64,000 nt of DNA from a bacterium (GTDB taxonomy: Bacteria > Patescibacteriota > CPR2 > UBA1875 > JAJYID01): the NCBI GenBank assembly GCA_021787535.1, contig JAJYLR010000003.1:56-64055 (forward strand), read 5' to 3'. Position numbers and translations under genes: made by a program. This document shows positions 37,706 to 47,351 of this stretch, one piece after another (within the stretch, counting starts at the first letter, position 1; every line of letters begins with the position of its first letter). The notes beneath the pieces were generated by a model. The model saw only the letters and a program-made list of their open reading frames with translations, did not search any database and was not told the origin of the DNA.

Positions 37706-39280
37706 TTGAAAAACAAGAATATTATAGTCCTAATGTTACGGAAAAAGCATTTAATCATTGGCGGATTTGCTCTGGCGGTAGTAATCTTGGCCGTTGCCGG
37801 AATACTTCTTTTTCCCTATTTTAAATCATTAGCCGTTTATGGCAGCTTTTCAGGCGATTTCTCAAAAGCCGGCCTGCCGGTCAATGTTAAACTAGTTCTT
37901 GATAATAAGATTAAGTCTTCGGCAAATGTCGGTTCTGCCGGCGGCGATGTTGCTGTGCCGGCGCAGAATACCAAACTAAACATTCCTCAAGGCGCTTTAA
38001 TCGCTAACGAAAACATAACGGCTGCGAAAATCATCTCGCTTCAAGGCTTGCCTTCCGGATGGAAACTCGTTGACGGCTACAGCTTTGAACCATCCGGGAT
38101 TATTTTTGGAAAGCCGGCCATATTTAGCGCAAACTCTAGCGTTGTAGGCAAAGAGATCTATGCTTTTACAATTGAGAATGGGCAGTTGAAACGCGTCCCA
38201 TACTTTATCAAAGGGAATCAGGCTCAGGTGGGAATGAGCGGATTTTCCGGCGTTGCTTTCATTCAAATAACCGGCCACGTACCATATGTGTCCAACAATC
38301 ATTCCGTCGAGGACCGGGCGGTGGAAATTATCGGAGAAGGGCTTTCGATAGATTATTATGCAAATCCGATCGACCCCAAAATCTCTGACAGCCAAAAGGC
38401 GAGGTTTCTCAAGATTTTGCAAATTTGGTATTCCAACTCGGTCAAGCTGCACCTAGAAGACGCGGCCAAAGACCCGGCCAAGATCAAAGACTCAGGCCGA
38501 GAATATAACCACTGGCTTTCGTCCGCAATGCTTCTTGGCCTGGACGGCCAACTGTCGCAGCAAGCCAGTGAAGGCAAGCAGCTTCTTGCCCAAGATCTGA
38601 AAAATGCCCTCGAAGACGCAAGCAAAAAATGTACAGCCGGCGGAGATGCCACTCAAATAGCCAATATGCTTCAGTGGGAAAGCTTGGCTATGGTTTTGGG
38701 GATCGAAAATCAGCCCGGCTTGACCCAGACGGACCTGAATAATTACATAAAAAGCTGCGGTAAATTTGAACTGGATTTCACCTCTCACTTTTCGGACAAC
38801 CAAGGAGGTCAGGCAACAGCCAGCGGAAAGGCTGAGCTTGCTATTGCCGATGATATGACCCTGCAAGGTAGCGGCACCATGAAAGAAGATTCTATGGCCT
38901 ACCCCGGCACATCCGATACAGACGGGATGATCGGGATGCCATTTGCTTTTACAATTCCCAAAACGCCTATCTCCATCAATGCAGGGACATCGCCTTCAGC
39001 ATCCATCGCGCTTCGAATGAATATGGATGCAATAGCTAACGCTCAAGATACGTTAAATAAAAGCTGTTGGTGGGTTGTTAACTGGGCTTTGGCACACCAA
39101 TCAGATGCAATTTTCGGCACTTCTCTCACTTCCAATATACGCGATTGGCAATATGTCGGCAAAAACAGCATTTTCGCCCAAAAGGTTTTCAACCGCACAG
39201 TCAACGTTCCTCTATACCCCGGTAAAATCGACAGTATTACTGAGAATACAATCTTCACATTAAAGCCCGCCTCTCATTAG
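37706..39280 (+). CDS. Large hypothetical secreted/membrane-anchored protein
   Basis: N-terminal TM (GGFALAVVILAVAGILLF) followed by a 480-aa extracytoplasmic region. Confidence 0.5.
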   Translation: MKNKNIIVLMLRKKHLIIGGFALAVVILAVAGILLFPYFKSLAVYGSFSGDFSKAGLPVNVKLVLDNKIKSSANVGSAGGDVAVPAQNTKLNIPQGALIANENITAAKIISLQGLPSGWKLVDGYSFEPSGIIFGKPAIFSANSSVVGKEIYAFTIENGQLKRVPYFIKGNQAQVGMSGFSGVAFIQITGHVPYVSNNHSVEDRAVEIIGEGLSIDYYANPIDPKISDSQKARFLKILQIWYSNSVKLHLEDAAKDPAKIKDSGREYNHWLSSAMLLGLDGQLSQQASEGKQLLAQDLKNALEDASKKCTAGGDATQIANMLQWESLAMVLGIENQPGLTQTDLNNYIKSCGKFELDFTSHFSDNQGGQATASGKAELAIADDMTLQGSGTMKEDSMAYPGTSDTDGMIGMPFAFTIPKTPISINAGTSPSASIALRMNMDAIANAQDTLNKSCWWVVNWALAHQSDAIFGTSLTSNIRDWQYVGKNSIFAQKVFNRTVNVPLYPGKIDSITENTIFTLKPASH

Positions 39281-39380
39281 GTTTGATTGGTGTTGACGGA
39301 AAGTTGGCAAAAATTGTCTTTTTGCCACTATTTTTTTGCAAACAATCAATTAGAATGGAGTCAGTTTATTTGGAGATAAA

Positions 39381-39578
39381 ATGGCAAAGAATCAAAATTG
39401 GAAATGCGGCGGTGGGGGAGCCGGGGCCGGAGCAGTCTACGGGCTAGGATTTATTGGCGCGCTCGTCTACTACATCCAGCATGCGGCAACGTTCTGGCTG
39501 GGAGTCTGGGGCATTCTAAAAGCTCTCGTCTGGCCGGCGCTCTTAATCTACGAAGCGCTGAAATTCCTCAGAATGTAA
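39381..39578 (+). CDS. Small Gly-rich membrane peptide (hypothetical)
   Basis: GGGGAGAGAVYGLGFIGALVYYI. RBS GGAGATAAAATG. Confidence 0.3.
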   Translation: MAKNQNWKCGGGGAGAGAVYGLGFIGALVYYIQHAATFWLGVWGILKALVWPALLIYEALKFLRM

Positions 39579-40189
39579 GTTCTTTCATATTTGCGCACTG
39601 AAAATAGTAAAACGGCAGCCAAGGAAGCAAAGGCGAACTTTTGCAGGATATAGGATAAGGGATCGATACTCAGGAAATATGTTCCGGCATAGGCGAGGAT
39701 AGGGATTTGCAGCAATATTTGTAGAATGACAAACTTTGTCCAGCCGACGTTTTTTCTTATGTCAAAAAGATAGATGAGAGCCAAGGCCCAAAGTGATGCG
39801 ATGAACATACCCGAGCCGAAGGCATGATAGGGATGAGCGATATCATCCGGAGAAAAGGCGGCGATGATAGCGCCAAGTCCGCCGATCACACCGAGAGCCG
39901 GTTTAAAAATATTCATTTTATGATCGCTCCGAAAACGGTTGGCGATTAAAAACATGACAAAAGCGGACAGAGCCATATCTGCGCTGTACAGGAAAGATGA
40001 TATTGGGTTTGGCAACCCTTTTGCATTGAAGGCATCGCCCAAATCGCTCAAAGGGTCAGTCCAGAAGTGAAAATGGCCGTTATAGAAAATCCCGGCTATA
40101 GTCATTACAACAAGATTGATGGCAAAAAGCCCTAGAAAATAATGAAAGGGGGTAAAATTTTTTCTGCTGAATTTTGATTCCTTTGCCAT
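39548..40189 (-). CDS. Hypothetical polytopic membrane protein
   Basis: 213 aa with about 6 TM segments. Confidence 0.5.
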   Translation of the reverse strand: MAKESKFSRKNFTPFHYFLGLFAINLVVMTIAGIFYNGHFHFWTDPLSDLGDAFNAKGLPNPISSFLYSADMALSAFVMFLIANRFRSDHKMNIFKPALGVIGGLGAIIAAFSPDDIAHPYHAFGSGMFIASLWALALIYLFDIRKNVGWTKFVILQILLQIPILAYAGTYFLSIDPLSYILQKFAFASLAAVLLFSVRKYERTYILRNFSAS

Positions 40190-40233
40190 ACAACTATTTT
40201 AGCACTTTAGAGTTTTCAAATTAATTCACAAAT

Positions 40234-40272
40234 CAAAAACCGCCCAATTCTTCTTGCGAAGAGTTGGGCGGT
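40234..40272 (-). terminator. Intrinsic terminator
   Basis: ACCGCCCAA...TTGGGCGGT stem followed by TTTTTG on the minus strand. Confidence 0.5.
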
Positions 40273-40293
40273 ATGAAGGCCATATTGGGATTA

Positions 40294-40938
40294 TCAGACC
40301 TTTTTCTGGCCCTTGCGCAACTTACCCTCCTTTTTACGGATGGTAATCTCTCCAACATCGACTCTGATTTTATTGTTCAAGGCCTCCGTCCAAGCCAGCT
40401 GTTTATAGGTGTCATTTTTGTCATTCTCGTTGAGGAGGAACTCGTACTGCCAGATTTTTTCCGGTGCCTGAGTTTGATCAGATTCCTCAAACTCCTCAGC
40501 TGCGTCTCCCTGCTTGTATTCTCTGGTGATGTAGTGATAACCCGGTAAGATGACTTCAGTTCTCTTGATCCTTGCGTGAACCCACTCCTGGCCAAAGAGC
40601 TCTGCTAAGTCATTATATTGCTTTTCCCCAGCGTCGTTCTCAGCCATTTTCAGATTGGGGATTAGCATAGCAAGGGTTCGCCCTGACACCCACTCTACTG
40701 CACCTTGGCGAAGAATCAGGTCGGCGATTCTCATCTCAAACTCTGTTTTATAGACTCCCGATCGGCCATGAGTGGTCTTAATACGCCTATCTTGCCGAAT
40801 CAGCACATTAAGCTCTGCCACGTCAAGTTTTACAGGGGGAGTTTCCCAGCTTAGTAGAACGCGTATCCGCTTTCTCGCCTCTTTGGCTGCCTTTTTCCAG
40901 ATCGCTTTCTGGGATAATTTCTTAGCCATCTTGGACAC
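40294..40938 (-). CDS. Hypothetical basic protein
   Basis: 214-aa ORF. Lys/Arg-rich at both ends. Confidence 0.45.
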   Translation of the reverse strand: MSKMAKKLSQKAIWKKAAKEARKRIRVLLSWETPPVKLDVAELNVLIRQDRRIKTTHGRSGVYKTEFEMRIADLILRQGAVEWVSGRTLAMLIPNLKMAENDAGEKQYNDLAELFGQEWVHARIKRTEVILPGYHYITREYKQGDAAEEFEESDQTQAPEKIWQYEFLLNENDKNDTYKQLAWTEALNNKIRVDVGEITIRKKEGKLRKGQKKV

Positions 40939-41096
40939 CTTCTTTCTAAGGTTCGCGGTTTCAAAAAGGTCACTGCCCGTGACCCTCTGTCTTTCCAGAA
41001 CTGATTATATCATAAATTAGCATGTTTTAATATAGGAAGATGTCAGAAAAATCTTTAATGATTAATGTAAAATAATGTAAGAATAATATATTTAAA

Positions 41097-41126
41097 AGAA
41101 AAAACCCTCGAGTGAGGGTTTTTTGC
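41097..41126 (-). terminator. Intrinsic (bidirectional-capable) terminator
   Basis: AAAAAACCCTCGAGTGAGGGTTTTTTG. Confidence 0.55.
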
Positions 41127-41148
41127 CTTACCCGAGGGTGATGGAGAT

Positions 41149-41481
41149 TCAGCCCAGCATTCCACCGAAGGTTATGCCACGACTGTGTGCTATATTCAGG
41201 ATACGATTGCAGAAGCGGTGCCAATTCTCCGAATGATCAGGAGTTCTGAGCAGATCTGAGTACGCGCTGTCGGCGAAGAACCGGTAAGCAAGCTCGAGGA
41301 ACTTGATGGGCTCTGTCTGCGCGAAGATCTCGAGCGAGTCGATTGGTATCACGGTGTTGCTGCGCTTGAAGACGTATCCGATGATACCTCTTGGCCACTC
41401 CGTGATTCTCAAAATGATCGTGCCATTACTCTCTTCGACCACTTGCTTGGTACAACGCGCTTTGTTTTTCTTCTTCTTCAC
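41149..41481 (-). CDS. Hypothetical protein
   Basis: 110-aa ORF in a GC-rich minus-strand block. Confidence 0.4.
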   Translation of the reverse strand: MKKKKNKARCTKQVVEESNGTIILRITEWPRGIIGYVFKRSNTVIPIDSLEIFAQTEPIKFLELAYRFFADSAYSDLLRTPDHSENWHRFCNRILNIAHSRGITFGGMLG

Positions 41482-41548
41482 TTCGTTTCACCTTCTTGTT
41501 ACTAGTCGGAAGTCGGGAGTTGTTACGGCTTCAACGGACAGAAAAGTA

Positions 41549-41860
41549 TCACTGCCAGTCAGGGATGATTGAGCGGATCAAAGTCAGCATATCTTCCCGT
41601 TCTTGATCGGCGATCTCGGCGATAGCTTTGTAAGCAGCTTCCTCCATGTGCTGGGACAGCTCAAGTTCAGAGTTCTTGGAGATCAGTTTGAGATGCGGCA
41701 TTCCGTTCACCATTCTGTCTCCGATGCAGGCTCTAATCACCGCATCAAGGTGTTTTTTCTGGGTGAACCATTCACCGATCTGAGCGTACTGCTCCCGTGA
41801 AATCTGGCCGGGCTTGAGCTCTACCTGTGTTTTAGTACCTTGTTTAGCCATTTGCTTCAC
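41549..41860 (-). CDS. Hypothetical protein
   Basis: 103-aa ORF, same block. Confidence 0.4.
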   Translation of the reverse strand: MKQMAKQGTKTQVELKPGQISREQYAQIGEWFTQKKHLDAVIRACIGDRMVNGMPHLKLISKNSELELSQHMEEAAYKAIAEIADQEREDMLTLIRSIIPDWQ

Positions 41861-41889
41861 CTCCTTTGTGATCCGCCAGAGATCAGTCT

Positions 41890-42585
41890 CTACAGAGTGA
41901 AAAGCGGGTCAGGGATTTCTTCGGTGTAGCGGCGGTCGGGGATATTATCATTATTCATCCACCAACCTTCCTTATTCTCCTTGGCGTTCTTCCACTTCTC
42001 GATGAACTGCTGAACTCGATAGTTGAAGTCCGCGCCCAGGATGGTTGCTTCGCGCCGGTCCTGAATAGAACTAGCTCCGCTGGCACCTACAATAGTGCCG
42101 TCGACATCCGCGGAGAAGCCGAAGCGGAAAGCGCCTTGCTGCAGCCGATGCTGGGAGACGAAGACGCCGACGCCGCAGTTTGCGTTCAGATTACGGTGTT
42201 CGAAGGCCTTTGCTCGGGCATTGATACCGAAGCGTTCGCCTTCCGGGCCGACCTCGGCCAAAACCATGAGTGTCTGCGAGGTTGGTATATCAGCTGGAGC
42301 GGTTGGATCGAGGATAGCATACCCCATGGAAGGTCTGGAGTATTCGCCGCTGGCATGCAGTCTGGCGAGTGCTTCTGCGCGATCGGTGATAATTTGCCTG
42401 ATGATTTCTTTGAAAGTATTATTGTCCATAAAATTGGAGTAAGGGGTACGGTAAATCATGATTTGTCTTTGCTGATTGCTCACGTATATTCCTTTCCTAG
42501 GTGCTTTCTGCGAGACCCTCGCAGCAGGGATTATCGAATAAATTCGGTAATGCTTAATCATAACATAAAAGCAACATAAAGTCAA
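41890..42585 (-). CDS. GlcG/HbpS-like (DUF336) domain protein, putative
   Basis: FRFGFSADVDGTIVGASGASSIQDRREATILGA resembles the GG.P..DG..IGA.GVSG...QD core of DUF336. Match is weak and the true start is probably internal. Confidence 0.3.
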   Translation of the reverse strand: MTLCCFYVMIKHYRIYSIIPAARVSQKAPRKGIYVSNQQRQIMIYRTPYSNFMDNNTFKEIIRQIITDRAEALARLHASGEYSRPSMGYAILDPTAPADIPTSQTLMVLAEVGPEGERFGINARAKAFEHRNLNANCGVGVFVSQHRLQQGAFRFGFSADVDGTIVGASGASSIQDRREATILGADFNYRVQQFIEKWKNAKENKEGWWMNNDNIPDRRYTEEIPDPLFTL

Positions 42586-42611
42586 TCTTTTTCGGGCCGG
42601 GTTTTTGTAAT

Positions 42612-43115
42612 ATGATTATTATTATGAATACGCTTGTTATTTTATCTGCCAAATATCTCTACATTGTCATCATTTTGGCGGCGATAGGTTTGACATTTTA
42701 TAAAACCAAGATGGAAAAGCGCATAGAAATGATTGTCACAGCTATTTTTGCAGCTATTATTGTTTTGGCTCTTATTTGGTTATCCAGACACTTAATCTAT
42801 TCAGCCAGGCCTTTTGTCGTCGGTCACTTCACACCCCTCATTCCGCACGTGGCTGACAACGGCTTCCCGTCAGACCACACCGCCATTTCCATGGGCGCGG
42901 CTCTCGTAATTTATCTATTCAACAAATATGCCGGCATCATCCTGGCCGTTTTGGCTCTCTGGGTCGGCATCGCCAGGGTTCTGGCCGGTGTCCATCATCC
43001 GATCGATATTTTTGGCAGTATTATCATTGCTCTCATTGCCATCATGGCGGCAAAACTAATTTTAAAGCGCTGTCCAAAGCTCCTATCCTGCCCAATGAAG
43101 AAGTTGGGGAAGTGA
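42612..43115 (+). CDS. PAP2-superfamily phosphatase (undecaprenyl-diphosphatase-like)
   Basis: PSDHTAISMGAAL and GVHHPIDIFG motifs. Confidence 0.7.
   Translation: MIIIMNTLVILSAKYLYIVIILAAIGLTFYKTKMEKRIEMIVTAIFAAIIVLALIWLSRHLIYSARPFVVGHFTPLIPHVADNGFPSDHTAISMGAALVIYLFNKYAGIILAVLALWVGIARVLAGVHHPIDIFGSIIIALIAIMAAKLILKRCPKLLSCPMKKLGK
43027..43112 (+). repeat. Direct repeat A: the functional 3' end of the PAP2 gene
   Basis: About 85% identical to 44564-44650. Confidence 0.65.
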
Positions 43116-43128
43116 GTTTAGAGGCATT

Positions 43129-43731
43129 ATGACGAACTCACAGTATAAAATAGATCCAGCGAAAGCCTTTGGGCATTTAGTGTATGAATATAGATGCTTA
43201 GTGCGTGCGGAATTTGCCTACAAGCAGGCTGATAAGCATAAATGCATCAATGATTTCATTCCTGAGATAGGAACTGTTGCACGCAATGCAGTTCTACAAA
43301 AAGCCCGCTCATTAATTAAGTTTTATATGCCATTAAGTCGGGACACTGATATTACTTCAGAAAAGTATTTTGGAATCTCTTTGAGTGTTATTGATAATAA
43401 ATTATACAAAAAGCTAGAAAACATTTATCGATCAATCGAAGTCCACGATTTGCATTTAACGGTGTGGCGTGATCCAAGCTATCGTAATAATAAATCTGAT
43501 AAGATGCAACGGAGAGAATGGAATATAGAACAAGACAAAATAGTGGAGAATCTCATTAAAGCACTAGAGGTGATATCAAAAACATCTGGATTGAATGATA
43601 AGTGGCAAAGAGTTTTCCGAGAGCTTCATGATTGTTGTGCCAATGTATTGAAGGGCGATAGGGAATGGCCTGAAGAATTCTCAAGTCCTGAAAAAATTGA
43701 AAAGCATCTCAAAAGTATAGGTATACCTTAG
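43129..43731 (+). CDS. Hypothetical protein (cargo of the PAP2-3'-end insertion)
   Basis: 200-aa ORF. RBS GAGGCATTATG. Confidence 0.45.
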   Translation: MTNSQYKIDPAKAFGHLVYEYRCLVRAEFAYKQADKHKCINDFIPEIGTVARNAVLQKARSLIKFYMPLSRDTDITSEKYFGISLSVIDNKLYKKLENIYRSIEVHDLHLTVWRDPSYRNNKSDKMQRREWNIEQDKIVENLIKALEVISKTSGLNDKWQRVFRELHDCCANVLKGDREWPEEFSSPEKIEKHLKSIGIP

Positions 43732-43801
43732 CTTTATAATTTATACCATCCATGATTGAAGGAGCCCTTGGCTTGTCAGTAGTTTCTCAGCAAGATGCCG
43801 G

Positions 43802-44563
43802 ATGATAACCTTTATGTATAGACGAAGACTGGCAAGACAAAGAGCATCCAGGAAACGAATCAAAAGCTTCTTTGTTGTTGTCATTGTCATCGGCACTACG
43901 CTTGCAATAATAAAAGGTGTGAGTTTAATCCCGGATGGCCTTGTTCATGCTAAAAAATCGGATAAAAGGACGCTTGGGTCAGTTTGCCTTGACCCCGGCC
44001 ACGGCGGCAGCGACACTGGCGCGAACAACCAAGATCTCTATGAACGCGACCTCAATCTGCGGGTGGCTGAGCGTGTAGAGAGTATCCTTGAAAATGATGG
44101 CTACAAGGTCTATATGACTAGAACGACCAACGATCCGTATCTGACAAACAACGACCGGGTCACTTTTTGTAATGGCAAAAATACCGACATTTTAGTAGCG
44201 ATTCATCAAAACTACTTTACCGACAGCGCCACTGATTACACGACAGCGCTTTATTATAATCAGAATTCACGAGGGCTGGCGGCCAGCCTCGCAAATGCTG
44301 AAGCGGCTCGCCTGGGCACTACAAATAATGGTATAGCGAGTTTTGATGATGGAGAACTCATGAGAGCCAAGATGCCGGCAGCACTTGTAGAAGGCTTTTT
44401 TATAAGCAGTGATCGTGAATATTCACTCATAAGTGCGGCCGGCTCGACACGGCTTGCAGACGAAGCGTCGGGAATCGTCCAGGGAGTTGAAAACTATTTT
44501 AAAAATCCGAATCAGAAGCCGACCCAAGACACAGTGCTTGACCAGGCCGACTCACCGGAATAG
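43802..44563 (+). CDS. N-acetylmuramoyl-L-alanine amidase (Amidase_3 / CwlD-like)
   Basis: VCLDPGHGGSDTGA...DILVAIHQNYF...EGFFIS with an N-terminal TM anchor. Confidence 0.75.
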   Translation: MITFMYRRRLARQRASRKRIKSFFVVVIVIGTTLAIIKGVSLIPDGLVHAKKSDKRTLGSVCLDPGHGGSDTGANNQDLYERDLNLRVAERVESILENDGYKVYMTRTTNDPYLTNNDRVTFCNGKNTDILVAIHQNYFTDSATDYTTALYYNQNSRGLAASLANAEAARLGTTNNGIASFDDGELMRAKMPAALVEGFFISSDREYSLISAAGSTRLADEASGIVQGVENYFKNPNQKPTQDTVLDQADSPE

Positions 44564-44650
44564 TTGCTCTCATTGCCGTCATGGCGGCAAAACTAATTTT
44601 AAAGCGCTACCCCAAACTCATATCCTGCCCAATGAAAAAGATAGGGAAAG
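44564..44650 (+). repeat. Direct repeat B: a non-coding remnant copy of the PAP2 3' end
   Basis: TTGCTCTCATTGCCGTCATGGCGGCAAAACTAATTTTAAAGCGCT...TATCCTGCCCAATGAA. Confidence 0.65.
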
Positions 44651-44670
44651 CTTAGCTAAAGTTTAGGGAA

Positions 44671-44916
44671 TTATTTCTTAATATATTTTTTGCCGCGGAC
44701 GCCCTCGACATATATCTTATGCCAGGCAAGAGGCCCAAGGACAATGCCCAAAACTACGCCTTGAGCTATCATGATGCCATAAAGCACTGCAGTCAGATTG
44801 AGCGCGCCATAGAGCTCAAGAGAAACGAACTCAATAATTCCGCCAAGCGTTACCATAAAAAGGATTCCGGTTATCACCCAGAGCACAATGTAAATTATTT
44901 CTTTAGTATTTTTCAT
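44671..44916 (-). CDS. Small membrane protein
   Basis: 81 aa with two TM segments. Confidence 0.3.
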   Translation of the reverse strand: MKNTKEIIYIVLWVITGILFMVTLGGIIEFVSLELYGALNLTAVLYGIMIAQGVVLGIVLGPLAWHKIYVEGVRGKKYIKK

Positions 44917-44929
44917 ATTCGCCGGTAAG

Positions 44930-45259
44930 TTATATTTTTTTCACGGTCACAGCGGTGCCATAGGCAGCCACCTCACTAACTATGCCGGCCAGCTCATTGC
45001 AGTCAAAACGCATAGCGATGACAGCGTTAGCGCCCTTAGCGGCCGCAGCTGCGCGCAATCTGTCTACTGCCTGGTCGCGGCTGTCTGTCAAAAGTTTGGT
45101 GTAGCCCTTGGCTTCGCCGCCGACGATAGTTCTGAGATTTGCCCCAAAGTTCGAGAAAGCATTTCTGGCTCGAGTGATAAGGCCAAAAACCTCTCCCTGT
45201 ACCTCGATGATTTCGTATCCAGGCAAGTCGTTCATAGTTGTCACAATCACTTCTTCCAT
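44930..45259 (-). CDS. YbjQ/UPF0145 family protein
   Basis: Full-length match to the family pattern: MNDLPGYEI..VQGEVFGL..RA.N.....ANLR.IVGGE...Y...L...R..A..RL...A...GANAVI..RFD. Confidence 0.7.
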   Translation of the reverse strand: MEEVIVTTMNDLPGYEIIEVQGEVFGLITRARNAFSNFGANLRTIVGGEAKGYTKLLTDSRDQAVDRLRAAAAAKGANAVIAMRFDCNELAGIVSEVAAYGTAVTVKKI

Positions 45260-45340
45260 TTTTTAAATCTCCTTTTCTTTATGAGTTATTGCTATTTCTA
45301 ATTTAACATAATACGGGCAGTTTTAAAATTTATGAATATA

Positions 45341-45523
45341 TTATTTCCACTTGTAGACGTGGACGGCGATGTACATTGCAAGCATCCCAAGCAGAAAACC
45401 GGCAGAGAAAGTCATTACCACGGTCGATTCTGCACTGCCTCGCAGGTACCACACTAGAAGATTGAGAATAATGAGGACAATCACAACTGCTATAACATAT
45501 ACTTTGAGTGGATATTTTTTCAT
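45341..45523 (-). CDS. Small membrane protein
   Basis: 60 aa with two TM segments. Confidence 0.3.
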   Translation of the reverse strand: MKKYPLKVYVIAVVIVLIILNLLVWYLRGSAESTVVMTFSAGFLLGMLAMYIAVHVYKWK

Positions 45524-45538
45524 ATTTTGATTATACCA

Positions 45539-46045
45539 TTAAAACTCTTCAAAAATTCTTTTGCCATTTCCGTCTTTTCCCAGATTCATCAAAACTTTCT
45601 TGCCTTCATTGACCCAGGAGGCGACAACATCGGCAAGGAATATGTCGTGATCGCCGGCATCAAAAATACCTGTCACTCTGCATTCATGATTTATGGTCGC
45701 GTCAGTGAGCAGTGGAGCATTTACGTATTTGCCTTTCGTTGTTTTAACTCGCGTTTCTTTAAATTTATCCATATCTCTTCCTGAAGTAGTGCCGAAAACG
45801 AGAGCTGTATTTTCCAAATCTTTATTGGGTATGGCAACCACAAACTCTTTGTTTTCTTTGAGCGGATTATAGGTATATCTCTCCTTGCCGATCGAAACCA
45901 TGATTCTCGGCGGGTCAAAAGATACTTGGGAAAACCAGCTGGCCGTCATGCCTGTCGGCTTGCCATCCCGGTCCGTGCAAATAACGAGCGTGCACAAAAG
46001 CGGATGGAGGATATTCAGGCCCTCGGTTGGAGTGATTTCTTTCAT
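45539..46045 (-). CDS. Flavin reductase-like domain protein (FMN-binding split barrel)
   Basis: LLCTLVICTDRDGKPTGMTASWFSQVSFDPPRIMVSIG. Confidence 0.65.
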   Translation of the reverse strand: MKEITPTEGLNILHPLLCTLVICTDRDGKPTGMTASWFSQVSFDPPRIMVSIGKERYTYNPLKENKEFVVAIPNKDLENTALVFGTTSGRDMDKFKETRVKTTKGKYVNAPLLTDATINHECRVTGIFDAGDHDIFLADVVASWVNEGKKVLMNLGKDGNGKRIFEEF

Positions 46046-46208
46046 AGTTTAAATTATAACATAGACGTAAATAATGCCTATTCAAAGACATTATTGATTA
46101 TTATTTTTTGACAAGCCGAAGCAGAGGTAATGCCAATGCTTTACAAATACCTTAGATTATGATACTATATAGTCTGTCTTGGTGAAAAATTGACAAGGAG
46201 GTTTAGGA

Positions 46209-46429
46209 TGTGTGGCGGTAATTGTCGGCACAAACCGCCGCAAGCAGTTTGCATGGCTTGCCTTGCGGCAAACGATGGATGCACGGCACGTTGCCGTGAC
46301 GCATTCGTCTACGACCCTGAGCTTACTGATGAACAAATCGTTGGCATGCTGAAAGCCGACTATACCATCGGCCAGGGGCGCTTCGAGTTAGGAGTCAAGA
46401 TCCCCGAACGGATACAGGCACTCCTGTAG
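46209..46429 (+). CDS. Small Cys-rich protein (hypothetical)
   Basis: MCGGNCRHKPPQAVCMACLAANDGCTARC. ATG at 46209 is preceded by AGGAGG. Terminator at 46472-46508. Confidence 0.35.
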
Positions 46430-46471
46430 CAAGCAGCGTTTTTGCTAGAGATTATTTCACTAAGAACAAAA

Positions 46472-46508
46472 ATGGCTCCGTAGTTGTACGGAGCCATTTC
46501 TCTTTTTG
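46472..46508 (+). terminator. Intrinsic terminator
   Basis: AATGGCTCCGTAGTTGTACGGAGCCATTT followed by a T-run. Confidence 0.55.
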
Positions 46509-46637
46509 TCTGTTTATCTAAACTTTGTAATTTTTGACGCAGCGGGGTATATAGAGGAACCAAAAAGAAAACCCGCCCTCGGAAGAACCGAGATTCACTT
46601 TCGTGAAAACGGGTTCTCCCTTGAGCGGGCGGCTGTG

Positions 46638-47207
46638 CTAGTCCACTTTTAGCGGACCTCGGCACTGGTTATGGCACTGGCCGTATGGTATTAGACAAAT
46701 GTCGCATAGGAGTGCAATTGCCTTTTCGAGAGTGTCTTCGAGGTTCTCGCCGATCGGAACGTTCGGGAGGGATTTAAGACGGTGTCGAATGTAATGATCA
46801 CCATCAAATCCTTCCTCAAAACCAACGACGATATTGGTGCCGTCGATCTCATGATGTGCAATCCATTCGCCGAACTCAATACGAGTTGTTCGGGCAAACG
46901 GCCTATCACAGTAGTGCGTCTCCTCTTTGGCGAAAAAGAAGATGATTACACCGCGCATTGCGGCTCTTCGCAGGTAATGAGACTCCCAGTCGGCCTGACT
47001 AATGTAATCCTTTTCGCTGTAGTCATTAGCTTGATCGAGATTTCTCCTAGGAGATGCAACATTGAGGATGGGAATCTTTCTTTGTAGATACGAGATTGCC
47101 TCATCTTGCCACCTGGCGGAACCTTTGATAGGACCAGCCAGAAAGGCAAGTGCACCCTCTACTTCCACCATCTCCGGCGGAAAAATGACTTTGCTCACCG
47201 AATTCAT
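46638..47207 (-). CDS. Hypothetical protein (GC-rich)
   Basis: 189-aa ORF. A terminator hairpin lies downstream at 46560-46635. Confidence 0.45.
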   Translation of the reverse strand: MNSVSKVIFPPEMVEVEGALAFLAGPIKGSARWQDEAISYLQRKIPILNVASPRRNLDQANDYSEKDYISQADWESHYLRRAAMRGVIIFFFAKEETHYCDRPFARTTRIEFGEWIAHHEIDGTNIVVGFEEGFDGDHYIRHRLKSLPNVPIGENLEDTLEKAIALLCDICLIPYGQCHNQCRGPLKVD

Positions 47208-47351
47208 GTTTACCTCCTAGGTTCTGAATCGAGAAAGGCCATACCGTTTCTGGTATGACCCTCCTGTTTGAATTCCGAAATCATAATAACACAAAAAGGA
47301 TAAAAAAAGAAGAGCGAGACTATGTCTCGCTCCCGTTCTTTTGTGGCAGGA

